From: Centroscyllium fabricii
Taxonomy: Eukaryota
Reading direction: 5' to 3'
Assembly (NCBI GenBank): GCA_051313645.2
Contig: JBNRSN020000009.1
Span: 98,890,001-98,954,000, forward strand
Length of the DNA stretch: 64,000 bases
How positions within the stretch are numbered: position 1 is the first letter of the stretch; every line of letters begins with the position of its first letter. The notes beneath the pieces were generated by a model. The model saw only the letters and a program-made list of their open reading frames with translations, searched no databases and was not told the DNA's origin. Shown here piece after piece: positions 60,514 to 64,000 of this stretch. Position numbers and translations under genes: made by a program.

Positions 60514-61280
60514 TGTTTTATGAGCTGAGAATTGAAAGTGCTGATTGTTAAAAGGCTTACAAAAGTATATTTCAAAAAGTATATTTATTTTATTTATTTA
60601 AGAGAGTAAGTTAAAAATATATTAAATTTAATCAGTGGAACGTTTTTTAAATCAAAACCGTATTGAAGCACGATTATAAAAGGGGTGGGGCTAATTTGAA
60701 AAGTGCTTTGTTTTATGAGCTGAGAATTGAAAGTGCTGATTGTTAAAAGGCTTACAAAAGTATATTTAAAAAAGTATATTTATTTTATTTATTTAAGAGA
60801 GTAAGTTAAAAATATATTAAATTTAATCAGTGGAACGTTTTTTAAATCAAAACCGTAAGTTGAAGCACGATTATAAAAGGGGCGGGGCTAATTTGAAAAG
60901 TGCTTTGTTTTATGAGCTGAGAATTGAAAGTGCTGATTGTTAAAAGGCTTACAAAAGTATATTTAAAAAAGTATATTTATTTTATTTATTTAAGAGAGTA
61001 AGTTAAAAATATATTAAATTTAATCAGTGGAACGTTTTTTAAATCAAAACCGTAAGTTGAAGCACGATTATAAAAGGGGCGGGGCTAATTTGAAAAGTGC
61101 TTTGTTTTATGAGCTGAGAATTGAAAGTGCTGATTGTTAAAAGGCTTACAAAAGTATATTTAAAAAAGTATATTTATTTTATTTATTTAAGAGAGTAAGT
61201 TAAAAATATATTAAATTTAATCAGTGGAACGTTTTTTAAATCAAAACCGGAAGTTGAAACACGATTATAAAAGGGGCGGG
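60514..61280 (+). repeat. About 197-bp tandem monomers x4, upstream of a CR1 ORF1
   Basis: Unit starts at 60514, 60709, 60906 and 61103. Each unit has TATAAAA followed by a GC-box-like GGGGYGGG. Confidence 0.93.
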
Positions 61281-61584
61281 ACTTAGTGCGGTGTGCAGGG
61301 AGTGCGGAGGGCATCGAGTGCTAACGAGAGTTTGGTTAGTGTGAGAGTTCGGGCAAGTGGGAGGTGAGGGAGGTGCTTCTCTGTCTTGCTTCTGTCCAAA
61401 CTCTTAGGTTCGGCTAGCGTCGGGAATAATAGCGGAAGATCGAAATTAGGTTGGTAAATCAGCTTGTTGGTAAGTACTGTTGCTTATATTTTACTCTTTA
61501 TACGTCACTGGTGGAAAGTGCTCTTTAATATCGTGATATTTAGCTATATTGGGTATAATTAATAAGTATAATTAAATATATAGA

Positions 61585-62598
61585 ATGGGTGAGCAGGTGA
61601 TGTGTTACTGCTGTGAGATGTGGGAGTTCGTGGAGAGGATTGATGCTCGAGGTGACTACATTTGCAGCAAGTGTTTATTGCTCCAGGAACTCCAGCTTCA
61701 TGTTGATGAGCTGCATTCTGAGCTTCAAACACTGCGACACATCAGGGAAGGGGAGAATTACCTGGACTTTAAGTTGCAGGAAACAGCCACACAAAATAGA
61801 TTAATTGACTTAAATGTAGATCATGGCCAGGGACAGGATGGTGTGACTATAAATGAGGCAGGTACGGGAATCAAGGCGGTAGTGTTGGAGGAGCCACAGA
61901 CCTTGCTCTTGTCCAACAGGTTTGAGGCTCTTACTCCCTGTGGGGGTGGGAGCGGGGACTGTGGAGAGGATGAGCAACCTGGCCACAGCACCGTGGAGCG
62001 GAGGGCCATTCAAGAGGGGGGAGTTAATAGAAATGTTGTAGTGGTAGGGGACAGTATCATCAAGGGGATAGATAGAGTTCTCTGCAACCGAGAGCGGGAG
62101 TCCCGAAGGCTGTGTTGCCTGCCTGGTGCAAGGGTTAAGGACATCTCTTCTGGACTGGAGAGAAACTTGCAGTGGGAAGGGGAGGATCCACTTGTCCTGG
62201 TACATGTTGGTACCAACGACATAGATAAGACAAGGAAGAAGGTTCTGTTACAGGAGTATGAGCAGCTAGGGGTCAAACTAAAAAACAGAACCTCAAGGGT
62301 AATAATCTCTGGGTTATTACCTGAGCCACGAGCGAATTTGGATAGGGTAAATAAAATTAGGGAGTTAAATGCGTGGCTCAAAGACTGGTGTGGGAGAATT
62401 GGGTTTTGCTTCTTGGGACACTGGCACCAGTACTGGGACAGGGGAGAACTGTTTCGGTGGGACGGGCTTCACCTGAACCAGGCTGGGACCAGTGTCCTGG
62501 GGAATCGTATAACTAGGGCTGTAGAGAGGGCTTTAAATCTAATTAGTTGTGTGGAGGTTTCTAGAGAGCAAATAAATAAAATGACACTGGAGAAGTAG
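61585..62598 (+). CDS. CR1 ORF1p (zinc finger + SGNH esterase) of a 3'-truncated element
   Basis: CYCC...CSKC, VVGDSI, HVGTND and DGLHL. The native end RALN is read through into flanking DNA. Confidence 0.9.
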   Translation: MGEQVMCYCCEMWEFVERIDARGDYICSKCLLLQELQLHVDELHSELQTLRHIREGENYLDFKLQETATQNRLIDLNVDHGQGQDGVTINEAGTGIKAVVLEEPQTLLLSNRFEALTPCGGGSGDCGEDEQPGHSTVERRAIQEGGVNRNVVVVGDSIIKGIDRVLCNRERESRRLCCLPGARVKDISSGLERNLQWEGEDPLVLVHVGTNDIDKTRKKVLLQEYEQLGVKLKNRTSRVIISGLLPEPRANLDRVNKIRELNAWLKDWCGRIGFCFLGHWHQYWDRGELFRWDGLHLNQAGTSVLGNRITRAVERALNLISCVEVSREQINKMTLEK

Positions 62599-64000
62599 TC
62601 CAGTAATAATGTCACTTGACCTCCCACTAATTGCAACACAAACAAACTCAACTGATTTTGTGTCCTAAATATGTCCTGAATGAGAGGAAAAAAGTTGCAA
62701 GGAATTGCATGATGGGAAATTATTGTAATTCAAAATGGCCGCCATCCACACTATTATTACATATACAATGATATATCTTGTAAACCGAACACTGTATGAA
62801 GTCGACATTTGGCAGGTGTGTTGCTGAGGACCCAGGGAAATGCAGTATCAAGTTTGAACTTGTTTGGATGAGCGGTTCTTAAACACCCCCCCCCCCCCTT
62901 GACATGGTGCAGTCCAAGCTCATCAGCTCAGCTGGGGTATAAATGGCTGCCAGTGAGAACAGATGAGAGCTGTGAGTGGAGAGACAAACACCACCATGCC
63001 ACGGGTGCTGTCAGTTGGCACTGCGATACTTAAGTCTATGGATGGACTAACACCTGCTGAGTACACCTTCAAGAGGAAGGATCAAGCTGTCACTCTTGGC
63101 ATGAAGTCTTCTGTAAGAATTGATGGAGATCAAATTCAAGTTGATCCACAGCTTCTATTTCAGAGACTGGTCCTAGTTGCACAGAAATGCGATGAACTTG
63201 AGTTAGCCCTCAAATATGAGCTATGTAGCTATCCCCCAGCCCTATTTGATTCCGCTCTACTGCTTCGAGAAGCAAATAAGCCAGCCCTTGCCGATACCAT
63301 CTGGAGTCTTATTGGGCCTCATGTTCCAGCAGATATTGTACAGGGTGGTAGTCAGTATGTCTTGGATGGGGGAGCACTTCTTCAACGCATCCCATGGTCT
63401 CATGGATCTACTTATAAAGACATATGCCACCAATTTACAGAGTATGTAAGGAAGAAATATGGCAAGGCTGTAGTGGTGTTTGATGGATATGAAAGTTGTA
63501 ACACAAAGGACATGACACACCAAAGACGGTCAAAGGGGAAGCTTGGCACCACTGTGACATTTACAGCTGACATGATTGTCACAATGAAGAAGGAACAGTT
63601 CTTGGCTAACAGGCAGAACAAGCAGAAATTTCTTTCAATGTTCAGTGAAGAACTGCAGAAAGCCAACTGTGAGACACACCATGCCTCAGGAGATGCTGAC
63701 CTGCTGATTGTGCAGAAAGCTGTGCAGTGTGCTACCACCAACAACACTGTACTAATAGGGGATGACACAGACCTCTTAGTCCTTCTCTGCTACCATGCTA
63801 GCCTAGACTCCCATGACCTGTTCTTTTGTTCGGAGATGAAGAAAAGCACAAAGAAGACTCGCATTTGGAACAACAAGGCTACAAAACAACTACTTGGCCC
63901 AGACATATGTAAACACATCTTGTTCTTACATGCAGTTCTTGGAAGCGACACTACATCTCGCCTCCATGGGATTGGGAAGGGAGCTTCCCTCAAGAAATTC
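62596..64000 (+). mobile_element. Academ (AcademX)-like DNA transposon, left part, internally deleted
   Basis: Putative TAG terminus at 62596 and an XPG/FEN1-like ORF of the kind fused to Academ transposases. The right end lies outside the window. Confidence 0.6.
62996..64000 (+). CDS. XPG/FEN1 (PIN-like) nuclease-domain ORF, open to the window edge
   Basis: Hand translation gives 335 codons with no stop: VLDGGALLQRIPW, VVFDGY, GDADLLI, GDDTDLLVLL, LHAVLGSDTTSRLHGIGK. It is absent from the ORF track because no stop is in view. Confidence 0.82.
   Translation, partial: MPRVLSVGTAILKSMDGLTPAEYTFKRKDQAVTLGMKSSVRIDGDQIQVDPQLLFQRLVLVAQKCDELELALKYELCSYPPALFDSALLLREANKPALADTIWSLIGPHVPADIVQGGSQYVLDGGALLQRIPWSHGSTYKDICHQFTEYVRKKYGKAVVVFDGYESCNTKDMTHQRRSKGKLGTTVTFTADMIVTMKKEQFLANRQNKQKFLSMFSEELQKANCETHHASGDADLLIVQKAVQCATTNNTVLIGDDTDLLVLLCYHASLDSHDLFFCSEMKKSTKKTRIWNNKATKQLLGPDICKHILFLHAVLGSDTTSRLHGIGKGASLKKF

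Overview
Eukaryotic, repeat-dominated DNA, most likely cartilaginous fish (shark): it carries esterase-type CR1 LINEs, V-SINE/HE1-like and Deu-domain SINEs, Penelope and PIF/Harbinger remnants. No host gene is confidently identified; there are two weak candidate exons. Well-supported elements: (1) an intact CsRn1-clade Gypsy retrotransposon (3944-8383), nested in a solo LTR, itself nested in a Harbinger-like MITE; (2) a full-length intact CR1 (23363-27583); (3) three copies plus a solo LTR of a second Gypsy family (family B, 5-bp TSDs); (4) Penelope fragments with hammerhead ribozyme motifs; (5) a 1-kb solo LTR with a 67-bp repeat; (6) a CR1 5' end with 197-bp monomers; (7) an Academ-like element with an uninterrupted XPG/FEN1-type ORF running off the window. 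The most interesting signals are the family-B RNA structures (no tRNA PBS; instead a co-varying leader/LTR pairing over AATAAA, a U5 hairpin and a PPT stem, suggesting self-priming), a UUUAAAC slippery site that would fuse CR1 ORF1 to ORF2 by a -1 frameshift, YY1-motif arrays in Gypsy gag, and the transposase-less nuclease ORF. All counts and alignments were made by eye.
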